A DNA stretch of 64,000 nucleotides from an uncultured bacterium. GTDB taxonomy: Bacteria; Omnitrophota; Omnitrophia; Omnitrophales; Aquincolibacteriaceae. The position numbers and the translations under genes were made by a program. Positions 47,416 through 57,913 of this stretch are shown here, one piece after another. Position 1 is the first letter of the stretch. The number at the start of each line of letters is the position of its first letter. The stretch covers positions 79,986 to 143,985 of the forward strand of contig CAYPIR010000003.1 in assembly GCA_964410905.1 (NCBI GenBank), read 5' to 3'. Below the pieces are notes generated by a model that saw only the letters and a list, made by a program, of their open reading frames with translations, was not told where the DNA came from and ran no database searches.

Positions 47416-48638
47416 TGAATCTCTCTTTCATCTAAAACAACGCCTTCCGCCACTTCGCCTTTATTTTCTTGGTTAGTTAAAAATGGATCGATTAAAAACG
47501 AACCTATCTGCGACAATCCCTTGGCAACATATACCGGCGACAATGCTGTTAATTTAACGGCTTCCACAACGCCTGATTTTGTTTTTTGATACAACGCTTT
47601 TTGGATTGCCTTTGAAAACGCACTAAACATTCTAAACTGCGGGTCGCAAATATCGCCATCGACCTCTATTTCGAGCGTTACAACTCTTCGTTCTTCTAAA
47701 AGCAATTGTACAGCGCTCATTGGATATTTCGCTATTTTTTGCGTCAAACTAGGCGTCTTAAACTTCATATTCCAAAGAGTCAAAAGATGCTCTGAATCCA
47801 GCTCGCGTTCAACGCATCGCAAATGCGAATACAAATCAAATGTCCCTTGCTTCACGTTTCCCTGAATGCCATTCACCAAAAAGTTATATTCTTCTATCGA
47901 ACCGCCAAGAATGCTTACTTTAAAATCAAAATTGGCTCCGTCAGCAAATTGGCATTCTCCTCCGCCTGTCAATTTAGCGGGATTTTTCTTGCCAAACAAC
48001 GCTTCAAATTCCATTGTTTCAGAAAAAACAGGGCTTGCAAAATCCGAAATAAAATCAAACCCTTTCCATTCTCCGCGTATTTGATGAACAAGCCAGTGCT
48101 GTGAAGGCGTTTCTCTATAGTCATCAAAAATTATAGTCCCATTTTCCAACGTTAACTTATCAATCCGGAGACGCCATTTTTTTTCGCCCGTGTTATCTTC
48201 AGGAGGCTTTATTCTTCGCGCGCCCGCAGGATCGCTTTCGCTAATTCCCATAAAATCGTACCAACGAAAAACATTATTCTCCAGTCCACGAACGCCTATA
48301 TAACTTTCAATGGCAAAAACCGCTTCCTTCACTTTCACATCTCTAATCAAAATCATTTTATTTCGCAAAACGGACATATCTAGTTGGCATTCAACATTTT
48401 TAACGCTGAAGTGATCACGGCGTTTAAAATCCGGCTGGTTTAGCGCTTCTAAAAATTTCAGCCCAAGTCTTCCTGTGATGGGATCAATCCAAAGGCCATC
48501 AATATGAACGGGCAGGTCAAAAGCTTTACTCATTAAAGCTTCCACGACAGGCTCGGCGACAATACCTATCGCGCGCGGATAAAACCAAACAATCACGCCC
48601 AATATCAAGACTAAAAACCATTTTACAAACGTCTTCAT
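47412..48638 (-). CDS. membrane-anchored hypothetical protein (possibly AsmA-like/DUF748)
   Basis: 408 aa. An N-terminal TM helix followed by a long periplasmic-type domain. The family assignment is tentative. Confidence 0.45.
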   Translation of the reverse strand: MKTFVKWFLVLILGVIVWFYPRAIGIVAEPVVEALMSKAFDLPVHIDGLWIDPITGRLGLKFLEALNQPDFKRRDHFSVKNVECQLDMSVLRNKMILIRDVKVKEAVFAIESYIGVRGLENNVFRWYDFMGISESDPAGARRIKPPEDNTGEKKWRLRIDKLTLENGTIIFDDYRETPSQHWLVHQIRGEWKGFDFISDFASPVFSETMEFEALFGKKNPAKLTGGGECQFADGANFDFKVSILGGSIEEYNFLVNGIQGNVKQGTFDLYSHLRCVERELDSEHLLTLWNMKFKTPSLTQKIAKYPMSAVQLLLEERRVVTLEIEVDGDICDPQFRMFSAFSKAIQKALYQKTKSGVVEAVKLTALSPVYVAKGLSQIGSFLIDPFLTNQENKGEVAEGVVLDEREIQ

Positions 48639-48644
48639 TATTAT

Positions 48645-49610
48645 CTATTGTGGATTTAATTCTTTTTGAAAAATCGGCTCTTGATTATAAAGGACTTCAA
48701 GAGCGTTAAGATCCTCAGCTTCTAAATCTGGTATTCCTGCCGCCACATTCTGCAAAACTTGCTCTTTGTTTTTCGCTCCAGGAATGACCACGGATACAGC
48801 ATCAAAACTAAGAGCTAATTCTAAGGACGCGCGCGTAAGAGATGTGAGTTTTTTTCTATCCCGAAGCACTTGCTTCATTTTATCTATTTTTTCCCAGTCA
48901 GCCGCGCGCTTTTGAGGACTCCATCTAGCGCGATGGTCGTTTTTAGGGAACGTATAAGTTGGGGGATATTTTCTGCTTAAAATTCCAGAAGCAAGTGGTT
49001 CGCGGACAATAACTCCCACGCTGCGTTTATCCGCCTCTGGGAAAATCCGCTCGGACATTCGCTGGTCTAGCAAATTAAAAATTACCTGTATCGTTTGAAT
49101 GTTGTGGTCCTGAAGCGCGGCAAACGCCTCAGACTCCGTATGGACAGAAACTCCCACTGCGCGAACTTTTCCTTCTTTTTTGAGCTTTTCAAGGACGCTT
49201 GAAGCGTAGCGCTGTTGAATAGTTTCTAGTGAAGGGTTATGGAGCTGAAGAAGATCTATTTGTTCTACGCCAAGCCGCTCAAGACTTTTATCACACGCTT
49301 CTCTAAGATATTTTTCAGTAAAATTTTTTTTATGTCCGCCATGATAAAAATCCCAGCCGATTTTAGTCGCTATTATAATTTGATCTCGACGCTTGCTCTG
49401 AAGAAATTGTTTGAGAAGAGCTTCGCTATGTCCTTCGCCATAAACATCAGCTGTATCAAAAAAGTTAACGCCGGAGTCAAATGCCGCATTAAGCGCCTCC
49501 AGAGAATCCTCGTCTCTTGTCGCTCCATAACTCGTTCCGCCTATCGGCCAACAGCCAAAACCTATTTCAGCGATTTTAATTCCGGTTTTACCAAGTCGGC
49601 GCTCTCTCAT
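48645..49610 (-). CDS. aldo/keto reductase family oxidoreductase
   Basis: 321 aa. ...LGKTGIKIAEIGFGCW...FFDTADVYGEGHSE... is the AKR signature. Confidence 0.85.
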   Translation of the reverse strand: MRERRLGKTGIKIAEIGFGCWPIGGTSYGATRDEDSLEALNAAFDSGVNFFDTADVYGEGHSEALLKQFLQSKRRDQIIIATKIGWDFYHGGHKKNFTEKYLREACDKSLERLGVEQIDLLQLHNPSLETIQQRYASSVLEKLKKEGKVRAVGVSVHTESEAFAALQDHNIQTIQVIFNLLDQRMSERIFPEADKRSVGVIVREPLASGILSRKYPPTYTFPKNDHRARWSPQKRAADWEKIDKMKQVLRDRKKLTSLTRASLELALSFDAVSVVIPGAKNKEQVLQNVAAGIPDLEAEDLNALEVLYNQEPIFQKELNPQ

Positions 49611-49619
49611 TGTTGCAAC

Positions 49620-49949
49620 TTAAGCGGGAAAAAGCTCGTCTATTTCTTTTTGAATTTTATCTTGTGCTTGATAGCCAACAAGCTGCTTAACCGCGGCGCC
49701 TCCCTTAAAGAAAATCATTGTGGGAATTCCTTGTATGCCGAATTTACCGGGAGTCGCGGAATTCTCATCAACATTCATTTTCCCAACAATAATTCGTCCG
49801 GAATTGGCTGCCGCTATTTTTTCAATCACAGGCCCTAACATGCGGCAAGGCCCGCACCATTCTGCCCAAAAATCGACAAGCACAGGCTGCACGGATTTTA
49901 AAACTTCTGTTTCAAAATTAGCATCAGTAAAAGTTTTTTCGTGACTCAT
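49620..49949 (-). CDS. trxA: thioredoxin
   Basis: 109 aa. VDFWAEWCGPCRMLGPV is the WCGPC active site. Confidence 0.9.
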   Translation of the reverse strand: MSHEKTFTDANFETEVLKSVQPVLVDFWAEWCGPCRMLGPVIEKIAAANSGRIIVGKMNVDENSATPGKFGIQGIPTMIFFKGGAAVKQLVGYQAQDKIQKEIDELFPA

Positions 49950-50092
49950 AAAACGCTCCTTTAATTGATTGAATGAAGGTTAGAATAACAGAACTCGTGA
50001 CTACTATACACCGAAGTTTTTTTTAAGTCCATTACGCCTCAGAGCCCAATTCGTTGGGACGAAACGGCGAAGCACCTTCGGCACTTCGTCCG

Positions 50093-51874
50093 TTACGCCC
50101 TAAGGAGGGGGCTGTCTCCGCCTTCCTCTTCAAGGCAAACTCTGTTGCGGCCTTCGTGCTTTGCTCTATAAAGCGCTTCGTCAGCTCTGTGCACCATAAG
50201 GTCGGGGACGGTCTCGCCGGGCCTTAGAGTTGCGACCCCGATTGACACCGTTACTTTTATTTTTTCATCCTCATACGTAAATGTGTTTTCATCAAGACGC
50301 TTTCTGATTTTCTCGGCATAATTAAACGCTGCGTCCATAAGCGAGCTTCGTTTAAAAAGAATAATGAATTCTTCGCCGCCATACCTCGCGACAACATTGG
50401 TTTCACTTTTTGCGTTTTCCGTTTTGGTTACATCCCGCAAAATCTCAGCCACGTATTTCAACGCCACGTCTCCCGCCGCGTGGCCATACGTATCATTGAT
50501 TTTTTTAAAAAAATCCAAGTCCAAAATGAGCATCGATAATGATTGATGTTTTTTTATAGCTTCGGAAACTGCATTATTGAGCAAAATCCTAAAATGGCGT
50601 ATCACATAAAGCCCCGTCAATCCGTCCCTTGTCGCAAGAGCAAAAAGCCTTTGTTGCTCGTCAAAATCTGTAATAAAAGAACAAATGGCAGAATAAATAA
50701 AAAGCAGCAAGATAAGCATTAAAGGACTTACCGCGTAAACCCAGATTTGAAAATAAGTGAAAATTACGAAAGTGATAAATAACCACGCTATAGCCAACGC
50801 AAGGCTTATCGCGAACGAAACTTCACGCTTAAAAAACATTAAAAAACAAGATAAAAAAACACCTAACACAATAAGCGTCCATTTATTCCACGCGGGATCG
50901 CACGGGCGAACATATTGATTCGTCAAAATGCTATTCATGATTGCGGTTTGCGTTCCAACACCGGGATAGGATTCTTGCATTGGGTTAGCCTTAATATCGG
51001 TCAGTCCTAAAACCGTCAAACCTATTACACAAATTTTCCCTTTAATTTCCTCTGGGCGAATCACTGGGCTGCGCTTTTCTTTTATCAAAGAAAAACTTTT
51101 AAGCACGTCCAAAAAAGAGTAATGACTAAATTCTTCTCCCCATCTGGCTGCCCAATTGATTAAGAGGTCGCCTTTGCCGTCTAGCGGCATTTTCTTTATA
51201 CCTTCATCCGCGTCCTCACCAAGTTCGTCAAATGCAACCTTAGCTCCTAAATAAGTATAAGATTCTCCGCCATATGCCGTTTGCGGTCGAACGCGTCTGA
51301 TTACACCATCTAAATCGGGATAAATATTTACATAACCGATTCCTTTTGCGTATCGTTCAAATTCCGGCAAAGAATGAATCCACGTTTTTGCGCTATCAAC
51401 AGTTTCTATCATCACCGCAATATAAACATTTCCAGCTTCTTTAATCGCCTGAGCAAAAGACTCGTCGTCAAATGTCGTGCTTGAATCGCTAAAAATTACA
51501 TCGAAAACAATCGCCTTCGCGCCCCAAGTTTTTAATATATGCACAAGCGCAGCATGGTTGTATCTTGCCCATGGCCACCGCCCAATCCCCTGAATACTAT
51601 CCTCTGCCATATCAATATGGACAATGTTTGAAGAGGTCTGGATTGGAGGACGCATTCTAAAAAAAATATCCAAAAATATATTTTCAAATCGCTGCATTAA
51701 AGGCGTGTTTAAAAGTAGGATGCTGATATAAACAATCAAACATCCGCCGACAAGCTGGATAAAATAATGCTGTGCCCGTTTTGAAAGAAAAAAGAAAAAA
51801 CGGCGTTTTGTGCGTCTAAAAAAAGACTCGCGCGCTTGTAAAAGTCCTGATGGAGCTTTTTTTGCTGCTGTCAT
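50093..51874 (-). CDS. CHASE2 sensor domain-containing diguanylate cyclase (GGDEF)
   Basis: 593 aa. An N-terminal TM helix plus a CHASE2-like periplasmic domain, a TM block, and a C-terminal GGDEF domain (RYGGEEFIILF). Confidence 0.8.
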   Translation of the reverse strand: MTAAKKAPSGLLQARESFFRRTKRRFFFFLSKRAQHYFIQLVGGCLIVYISILLLNTPLMQRFENIFLDIFFRMRPPIQTSSNIVHIDMAEDSIQGIGRWPWARYNHAALVHILKTWGAKAIVFDVIFSDSSTTFDDESFAQAIKEAGNVYIAVMIETVDSAKTWIHSLPEFERYAKGIGYVNIYPDLDGVIRRVRPQTAYGGESYTYLGAKVAFDELGEDADEGIKKMPLDGKGDLLINWAARWGEEFSHYSFLDVLKSFSLIKEKRSPVIRPEEIKGKICVIGLTVLGLTDIKANPMQESYPGVGTQTAIMNSILTNQYVRPCDPAWNKWTLIVLGVFLSCFLMFFKREVSFAISLALAIAWLFITFVIFTYFQIWVYAVSPLMLILLLFIYSAICSFITDFDEQQRLFALATRDGLTGLYVIRHFRILLNNAVSEAIKKHQSLSMLILDLDFFKKINDTYGHAAGDVALKYVAEILRDVTKTENAKSETNVVARYGGEEFIILFKRSSLMDAAFNYAEKIRKRLDENTFTYEDEKIKVTVSIGVATLRPGETVPDLMVHRADEALYRAKHEGRNRVCLEEEGGDSPLLRA

Positions 51875-51952
51875 AGATTCCTTTTAAGTTGGTAAGATAA
51901 ATATTTAAAACCCCACATCTCTCGTAGATTTTCGGGAAAACCGACCATAATC

Positions 51953-52630
51953 TTAACACATAGATTTACTTGCGAGGCAAAGGTTGCTTAAAACGCATTT
52001 CTCGCAACGCGGGCGACGAGCCACACAGCACGTCCTGCCATGCGAAATAATAAGATGCGAATAAATTGTCCAATCTTTTTGAGGAACTAAAGCCATTAAA
52101 TCTTTTTCTATTTTCTCCGGCTTTTTGCTGTCTGTTAGATTCAACAAATTATTAAGCCGTATCATATGCGTATCAACAGGCATTGAAGGAATTCCAAAGG
52201 CGTTTCCCAAAACAACATTCGCCGTTTTTCGTCCAACTCCGGGAAGCGTTATAAGTTCTTCCATAGTTTGAGGCACTTCAGAGTTAAAGTTGGATACTAT
52301 TATTTGTGCCGCATTTTTTATATGCTTTGCTTTGTTTTTGTAAAAGCCTGTAGGTTTAATTTTGGTTTCTATGTTTTTTATGGAAGCGGCGGCAAAATCT
52401 TCAACCGTTGGAAAATCTCTAAAGAGAGCGGGCGTTACGAGATTTACCCTTTTGTCCGTGCATTGCGCGGACAGAATTGTTGCGACTAAAAGTTCCCACG
52501 CCGACGCAAACAAAAGCGCGCATTGACTTTCGGGGTATATTTTTTTAAGCCTCTTTATAATTTCCGCGGCTCGTTTTTTCTTTTTACTGAAAATCTCTTT
52601 TATCATTTGTTTTATTATCCTAGAATACAA
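51953..52630 (-). CDS. nth: endonuclease III
   Basis: 225 aa. HhH-GPD motif (LPGVGRKTANVVL) and a C-terminal 4Fe-4S cluster (C..C..C..C). Confidence 0.9.
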   Translation of the reverse strand: MYSRIIKQMIKEIFSKKKKRAAEIIKRLKKIYPESQCALLFASAWELLVATILSAQCTDKRVNLVTPALFRDFPTVEDFAAASIKNIETKIKPTGFYKNKAKHIKNAAQIIVSNFNSEVPQTMEELITLPGVGRKTANVVLGNAFGIPSMPVDTHMIRLNNLLNLTDSKKPEKIEKDLMALVPQKDWTIYSHLIISHGRTCCVARRPRCEKCVLSNLCLASKSMC

Positions 52631-52712
52631 ATCGCACTTTGTTTTGTTAAAATATTTTTGTTACAGTGCAATCTATTTCTTATTTAACCTAAATCAACCC
52701 CTCCGTCCAAAT

Positions 52713-53564
52713 ATGAGACGCTCTAAACTCTATTTATCCGGCATTCGTTTAATGGCTCAAAGCGCCGTAAGTTTCTCAATAATGGGGCTTTGTGTCAAAT
52801 TCGCAAGCGAACAAATCTCACCTGTCGAAGCTGTTTTCTTCAGAAGCTTTTTTGGCGTGTTAATGGTTATTCCCATAATTTTGGCAAAAAAACTTTCATT
52901 TTGGGGTGAAGAATATTCTAATCTAACATTGCGCGGACTTGCCGGGTTCGGGGCGTTAATTCTTCACTTTTATACTATTTCAAAACTAGAGCTTGGGCTT
53001 GCGATTATGCTCAATTATACCGCTCCGATTTTTACTGTTATTCTTTCTTCCATTTTTCTCAAAGAGCGTCCAAGCCTTTCTCTTTGCATTCTCATCGCGG
53101 CGTCTTTTATCGGAGTTTCTATTTTGACATTCCACGGGACAATGACTTTAAATCCTAATATTTGGCTGGCTCTCCTTTCTTCTGTTTTTGCCTCAATCGC
53201 CTACCTTACCATTCGCACGATACGACATAAGGAATCGCCATATACGGTCATTTTTTATTTCACGTTAATTTGCACAATAGGCTCGTTATTTTTCTTAAAA
53301 ACTTGGACTTGGCCCGAGCCAAAAACCTGGAGCTTCATCGCAGGTATCGTGATCGCTTCGTTTTATGGACAATTGTGGATGACCACGGCGTTAAGACGCG
53401 CTCCCGCGTATCTTGCCACGCCATTTTCCTACATCCATCCAATGCTTTCTTATTTTTATGGTTGGTTTTTTTGGGAGAACAAAATCACGCGCATGACAAT
53501 ATTGGGAATATTTCTCATTATCGTGAGCGGTTCGCTTATCTCTTATTTTGAAACGAGAAAATAG
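52713..53564 (+). CDS. DMT superfamily (EamA-like) transporter
   Basis: 10-TM-type hydrophobic profile with two EamA-like halves. The start was moved to the internal Met (MRRSKLYLSG). The track ORF begins at 52644 in AT-rich, promoter-like sequence. Confidence 0.7.
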   Translation: MRRSKLYLSGIRLMAQSAVSFSIMGLCVKFASEQISPVEAVFFRSFFGVLMVIPIILAKKLSFWGEEYSNLTLRGLAGFGALILHFYTISKLELGLAIMLNYTAPIFTVILSSIFLKERPSLSLCILIAASFIGVSILTFHGTMTLNPNIWLALLSSVFASIAYLTIRTIRHKESPYTVIFYFTLICTIGSLFFLKTWTWPEPKTWSFIAGIVIASFYGQLWMTTALRRAPAYLATPFSYIHPMLSYFYGWFFWENKITRMTILGIFLIIVSGSLISYFETRK

Positions 53565-53677
53565 AACTCGAGGCAAGCGCGGGAAAGTAAAGATTTAAAA
53601 ATTTGTCGGCAGTTAACAAGCGATGGCGCTTGAGTATACGCGAAGGCTTGGAATTAGTACTTTATTTTTATTTAATT

Positions 53678-54247
53678 CTATTTCCCAGACAAAAGCAATT
53701 TTAACGCCTCAGGATAAACTTCATATTCCGCCTTGTGCACTCTAGCCTCGAGCGTATCTATTGTATCGTCAGGTAAAACCGCCACTTTTTTTTGCAAAAT
53801 AATCGGCCCGGTATCAACCCCGCTGTCAACAAAATGCACTGTAACTCCCGTTTCCGAGACTTTGGCTTCCCAAGCATCACGAATGGCGTGCGCACCTGGA
53901 AATTTGGGCAAAAGCGAGGGATGAATATTTATAAGACGTCCTTCATATTTTTGAACAAATTCTGCCGTCAGCAGTCTCATAAATCCCGCAAGCACAATAA
54001 AATCCGGTTCGTATTGCTCAAGTTTATCCGCTAACGCTTCGTCAAACTCTTCGCGTGAAAAAAAACTTTTATGATCTAAAACAATTGTCTCCACGTCTAA
54101 CTTACGCGCTTTTTCAATCGCCTTCGCGTCCGGCTTATTTGAGATAACAGCGACGGCTTCAGCCGAAATTTCTCCCGCCTGAATTTTTTTTATAAGATTT
54201 TCCATATTGGTCCCGCTGCCGGAAACTAAAAAAACTATGCGTTTCAT
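53678..54247 (-). CDS. purN: phosphoribosylglycinamide formyltransferase
   Basis: 189 aa. MKRIVFLVSGSGTNMENLI...VLAGFMRLL... Confidence 0.9.
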   Translation of the reverse strand: MKRIVFLVSGSGTNMENLIKKIQAGEISAEAVAVISNKPDAKAIEKARKLDVETIVLDHKSFFSREEFDEALADKLEQYEPDFIVLAGFMRLLTAEFVQKYEGRLINIHPSLLPKFPGAHAIRDAWEAKVSETGVTVHFVDSGVDTGPIILQKKVAVLPDDTIDTLEARVHKAEYEVYPEALKLLLSGK

Positions 54248-54942
54248 ATCACTTCCTTTTTAGGTAAAACATTTTTCCGGTCTTTGCCGCTAACTAATAT
54301 TACCATTTCGCCTTTTCTTTCGCGCTGTTCCATGTTTTTAAGGACATCGGACAAATTTCCCCTTATAACTTCTTCAAACTTTTTAGAAATCTCCCGCGCG
54401 ACAGACGCCTCTCGGTCTCCAAAAATCGCCAGCATATCTTGCAATGTTTTTACAACCCTAAACGGCGATTCAAAAAAAATCAGCGTTTCCTCGTGATTCA
54501 ACAATTTAGAAAGTTCATTTCTCCGGCGTTCGCCTTTATTCGATAAAAATCCAAAAAATGAAAAACTATCTGTTGGAAGTCCGCTCAAAACAAGCGCTAC
54601 GGGGACAGCGGACGCGCCGGGCAAAACTTCAAACGGAATGTTTTTTTCTATCGCTAAATGAACAATCTGAAATCCCGGGTCTGACACAAGCGGCATTCCG
54701 CCGTCCGATACAAGCGCGAGATTTTTTCCTTCGAGTAATTCTTTTATAAGCTCTCCCGCTTTATATTCTGAACTATGCTCATGATAATTTTTAAGAGGCT
54801 TCACAATTCCGTAATGTTGGAGCAGTTTTTGCGTTTGTCTCGTATCTTCACAAACGATAGCGTCCGCTCTTTTTAAAACCTCAAGCGCGCGGACTGTAAT
54901 ATCTCCAAGGTTTCCTATCGGCGTCGGGACAATGCTTAACAT
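54244..54942 (-). CDS. rsmI: 16S rRNA (cytidine1402-2'-O)-methyltransferase
   Basis: 232 aa. MLSIVPTPIGNLGDITVRALEVLKRADAIVCEDTR... Confidence 0.9.
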   Translation of the reverse strand: MLSIVPTPIGNLGDITVRALEVLKRADAIVCEDTRQTQKLLQHYGIVKPLKNYHEHSSEYKAGELIKELLEGKNLALVSDGGMPLVSDPGFQIVHLAIEKNIPFEVLPGASAVPVALVLSGLPTDSFSFFGFLSNKGERRRNELSKLLNHEETLIFFESPFRVVKTLQDMLAIFGDREASVAREISKKFEEVIRGNLSDVLKNMEQRERKGEMVILVSGKDRKNVLPKKEVI

Positions 54943-54945
54943 ATA

Positions 54946-55953
54946 TCATCGGCTTCTTGCCAAAACATAATCGGCAAGATTCTTCAAACTGATTTTATAT
55001 TCCGACCGCGGAAACTCTTCCAACTGTTCTTGTGCCAATTCGACAAACTCCTTAGATTTTTTGAAAGCATATTCCATATCGCCATCTTTAATCAAAATCT
55101 CTCGAAGTTTAGTGAACCTTTTTTTATAACTTGGAGAATGAAGAATACGGACAATTTTATCGTGCCTAACAGACGCAAGCGCGTGAATAACAGGAAGCGT
55201 GTAAACACCTTCTTCCAGATCAGAACCTAGTGTTTTGCCAAAATCGCTTTCTTCTCCCAGCCAATCCAGATAATCATCAATAATTTGAAACGCCATGCCG
55301 AGAAAATAGCCGTATTTTTCTAAGGCTTTGAGCCGTTTTTTATCCACTCCCCAAACAAGAGCTCCCGTCTGAACCGCGCAAGAAAGAAGCGAAGCTGTTT
55401 TTTTTCGAACAATTTCAAAATAAGTTTCTTCACTGATGTTTATATTTTTTTTCTCGCTTATTTCTTGAGCCTCGCCTTCACAAATTTCTTCCGCCGTTTT
55501 CAAAAAAAGGCGACTTATTTCCTCGTTGCCGTAACGGAAAATTGTATTCACGGCTCGCGCTTGAAAATAATCTCCCGCTAAAACCGCCGCCTGAGGGCCT
55601 GATTTAATATGTAGCGTGGAAACTCCTCGTCTAAGCGGCGCGTTGTCAATAATGTCATCGTGAATAAGCGTTGCCGCGTGAAAAATTTCAGTCGCCGCGG
55701 CAAGAAACATTTCCGCAGTTTCATTCCGCTCTGAAATAAGTTCGAGATTGTTTTTAAGAGTTCTTGCTACTCCGCCGCCTAAGAAAACAAGTGTCGGGCG
55801 CAAAAGTTTCCCGTTATTAGAGAAAAAATGCTCAATCGTTTCGCGAAGTTTCAAAACGGGCGTGTCCAGCGTTTCAAGAATAACCGACGAGACTCGTTTG
55901 AGAGAATTTTCGACAGGTTGATAAATTTGTTCTATTTCAGAAGATAGTGGCAT
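54946..55953 (-). CDS. polyprenyl diphosphate synthase (trans-IPPS, IspB-like)
   Basis: 335 aa. First DDxxD motif (LIHDDIIDNAPLRRG) and second motif (IIDDYLD). Confidence 0.85.
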   Translation of the reverse strand: MPLSSEIEQIYQPVENSLKRVSSVILETLDTPVLKLRETIEHFFSNNGKLLRPTLVFLGGGVARTLKNNLELISERNETAEMFLAAATEIFHAATLIHDDIIDNAPLRRGVSTLHIKSGPQAAVLAGDYFQARAVNTIFRYGNEEISRLFLKTAEEICEGEAQEISEKKNINISEETYFEIVRKKTASLLSCAVQTGALVWGVDKKRLKALEKYGYFLGMAFQIIDDYLDWLGEESDFGKTLGSDLEEGVYTLPVIHALASVRHDKIVRILHSPSYKKRFTKLREILIKDGDMEYAFKKSKEFVELAQEQLEEFPRSEYKISLKNLADYVLARSR

Positions 55954-55996
55954 AATCCAAGGATTATAACTTTTTTGTGCTTTTTTTAGAATTCAT

Positions 55997-56878
55997 TTAA
56001 CAACTCTTTTTCTGTATGTATTTAAGCAGTTCTCTATACTCATCTAACGTCAAAGTTTCTCCGCGGAGCTTTATGTCAAATCCAAGCTCAATAAAAATCT
56101 TTTCCAATGACGGTCTGTCCAACAGCGTGATTTTGGACGACAACAAAAGAGATAAAAGAGTTTTGCGTCTTTGACTAAACGCTATTTTTACGAGTTTCAT
56201 CAACGCTTCCGTGTCTTCTTTTGTATCGTTTGGAAACTTCATCTTAAACTCATAAGATATGACTCGCGACATCACCTCCGGCTTTGGCAAAAAACAACTT
56301 TGAGAAACGTCAAATAAAGTTTTTATTTCCCCAAAATATTGACTGGTTACAGAAAGCCGTCCGTAGTCTTCGCTGCCCGCGCGCGCGGCTAGCCTCACCG
56401 CCACTTCCTTTTGCATCATCAAAATCGCCCGCGAAAAGTTTTCGCCGCTTTCTATAAGTTGAAAAAGTATCGGCGTGCTAATGTAATAAGGAAGATTGCT
56501 AACGACCTTTATTTTTTCACGCCGTGCCGTCAGTTTGTTTTTTATATTCCACTTCCTCATCGTTTCTGAAAGATTAATCTTAAGAATATCACTTTCAATA
56601 ATTTTAAATCGCTCAGGATATTCAGGAAGAATTTCATTAGTCAGTATTTCTACAAATTTAGCGTCAGTCTCTATAGCCAACAGATTCGCGCCGCGAGACA
56701 AAACCTCCCGCGTTACGGCTCCAAGCCCCGGTCCGATTTCAAGAACTTTGTCATCAGTTTTGAGCTCAAGGGCATCGACAATTTTTCTGATGGTGTTTGG
56801 GTCTATTAAAAGGTGCTGCCCCAAATGTCCGCGAACGCGAAGGTTGTATTTCCGAAGAAGTTCTATTTGCGAAAGCAT
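55997..56878 (-). CDS. rsmA: 16S rRNA (adenine1518/1519-N6)-dimethyltransferase
   Basis: 293 aa. LGQHLLIDPNTIRKIV...VLEIGPGLGAVT... is KsgA. Confidence 0.9.
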   Translation of the reverse strand: MLSQIELLRKYNLRVRGHLGQHLLIDPNTIRKIVDALELKTDDKVLEIGPGLGAVTREVLSRGANLLAIETDAKFVEILTNEILPEYPERFKIIESDILKINLSETMRKWNIKNKLTARREKIKVVSNLPYYISTPILFQLIESGENFSRAILMMQKEVAVRLAARAGSEDYGRLSVTSQYFGEIKTLFDVSQSCFLPKPEVMSRVISYEFKMKFPNDTKEDTEALMKLVKIAFSQRRKTLLSLLLSSKITLLDRPSLEKIFIELGFDIKLRGETLTLDEYRELLKYIQKKSC

Positions 56879-57909
56879 TGCTCAAGGACAGAACGCTTAG
56901 CAAATTTAAGCGCAGCGATCATTGAAGATGGGTTCGCCTTTCCGCTGTAGGCAATATCAAACGCCGTGCCGTGATCCGGAGACGTTCTGGTATACGGCAA
57001 TCCCAAAGTTACATTCACACCGTCTTCAAACGCCACGAGTTTGAATGGCGCTAGCGCTTGGTCATGATACATGCTGACAAGCGCGTCATACCGTCCATTA
57101 TACGCGGCATAAAAAGCAAGATCGGCGGCGATTGGCCCCGTCGCATTAACGCCTTTTTTTTGAGCTTTGCGAATCGCGGGTTTAATAATTTTATCCTCTT
57201 CTTTGCCGCATTCCCGCCCATGAGGATTTAAAGCGCAAACTCCAATCTTAGGCTCGGCAATTCCAAGTCCGACCCGCAGCGCGTTTTCCGCCATTAAAAT
57301 TTTTTCTAAAACAAGTGTCTCGCTTAAGAGTCCGCTGACTTTTTTAATGGGCGCGTGCATCGTAGCGAGTATCACATTAAGTTTAGAGCTCAAAAACATC
57401 ATCGCGTATTTTTTTGCTTTTGCCTTTTTGGCAAAAAATTCCGTGTGTCCAATAAAGTTTTTATCCACAAGCCGCATGGCTGTTTTGTTTATTGGCGCCG
57501 TAACAATCGCTCTTATTTTTTTCTGATTTGCGAGTTCGGCGGCCTGTTCAATAGCGAGCAACGCGAGTCTTCCGTTTTCTTTACAAAGCGTTGCCGGTCG
57601 AAAAACTCGTTTGTCAAAAAAACCTGGCGCGATATCTAAAAAATAACTTTCTCCGCCTTCCAGAGAAGTAACATCGGAAACCGAAACCGTTTTAAGATTT
57701 GCTTTTAAATCTGTTTTTTGTTTAAGCCATTCAAATACTCGTTGCGTGCCAATTACCAAATAGGCAATCTTGGAGGAAGGTTTTTCTTCGTTTATCGCTT
57801 TTATAAGAATTTCAGAGCCTATGCCGCCGGGGTCGCCCATGGTAATGGCGATAACAGGCGTTTGAGGCGAGGAAGGAGTTTGTTTTGAATGTTTCCTTGA
57901 AGATTTCAT
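56863..57909 (-). CDS. pdxA: 4-hydroxythreonine-4-phosphate dehydrogenase
   Basis: 348 aa. ...IAITMGDPGGIGSEI...GHTEF... Confidence 0.9.
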   Translation of the reverse strand: MKSSRKHSKQTPSSPQTPVIAITMGDPGGIGSEILIKAINEEKPSSKIAYLVIGTQRVFEWLKQKTDLKANLKTVSVSDVTSLEGGESYFLDIAPGFFDKRVFRPATLCKENGRLALLAIEQAAELANQKKIRAIVTAPINKTAMRLVDKNFIGHTEFFAKKAKAKKYAMMFLSSKLNVILATMHAPIKKVSGLLSETLVLEKILMAENALRVGLGIAEPKIGVCALNPHGRECGKEEDKIIKPAIRKAQKKGVNATGPIAADLAFYAAYNGRYDALVSMYHDQALAPFKLVAFEDGVNVTLGLPYTRTSPDHGTAFDIAYSGKANPSSMIAALKFAKRSVLEQCFRK

Positions 57910-57913
57910 AATT

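Noticed and set aside
50040-50092. GC-rich nested hairpin (ggacgaa...cgaag-cac-cttcg...ttcgtcc) containing CGAAAC, downstream of the GGDEF gene
   Set aside because: Considered a hammerhead-like ribozyme or a terminator. No CUGAUGA core and no flanking T-run on either strand, so it is not called.
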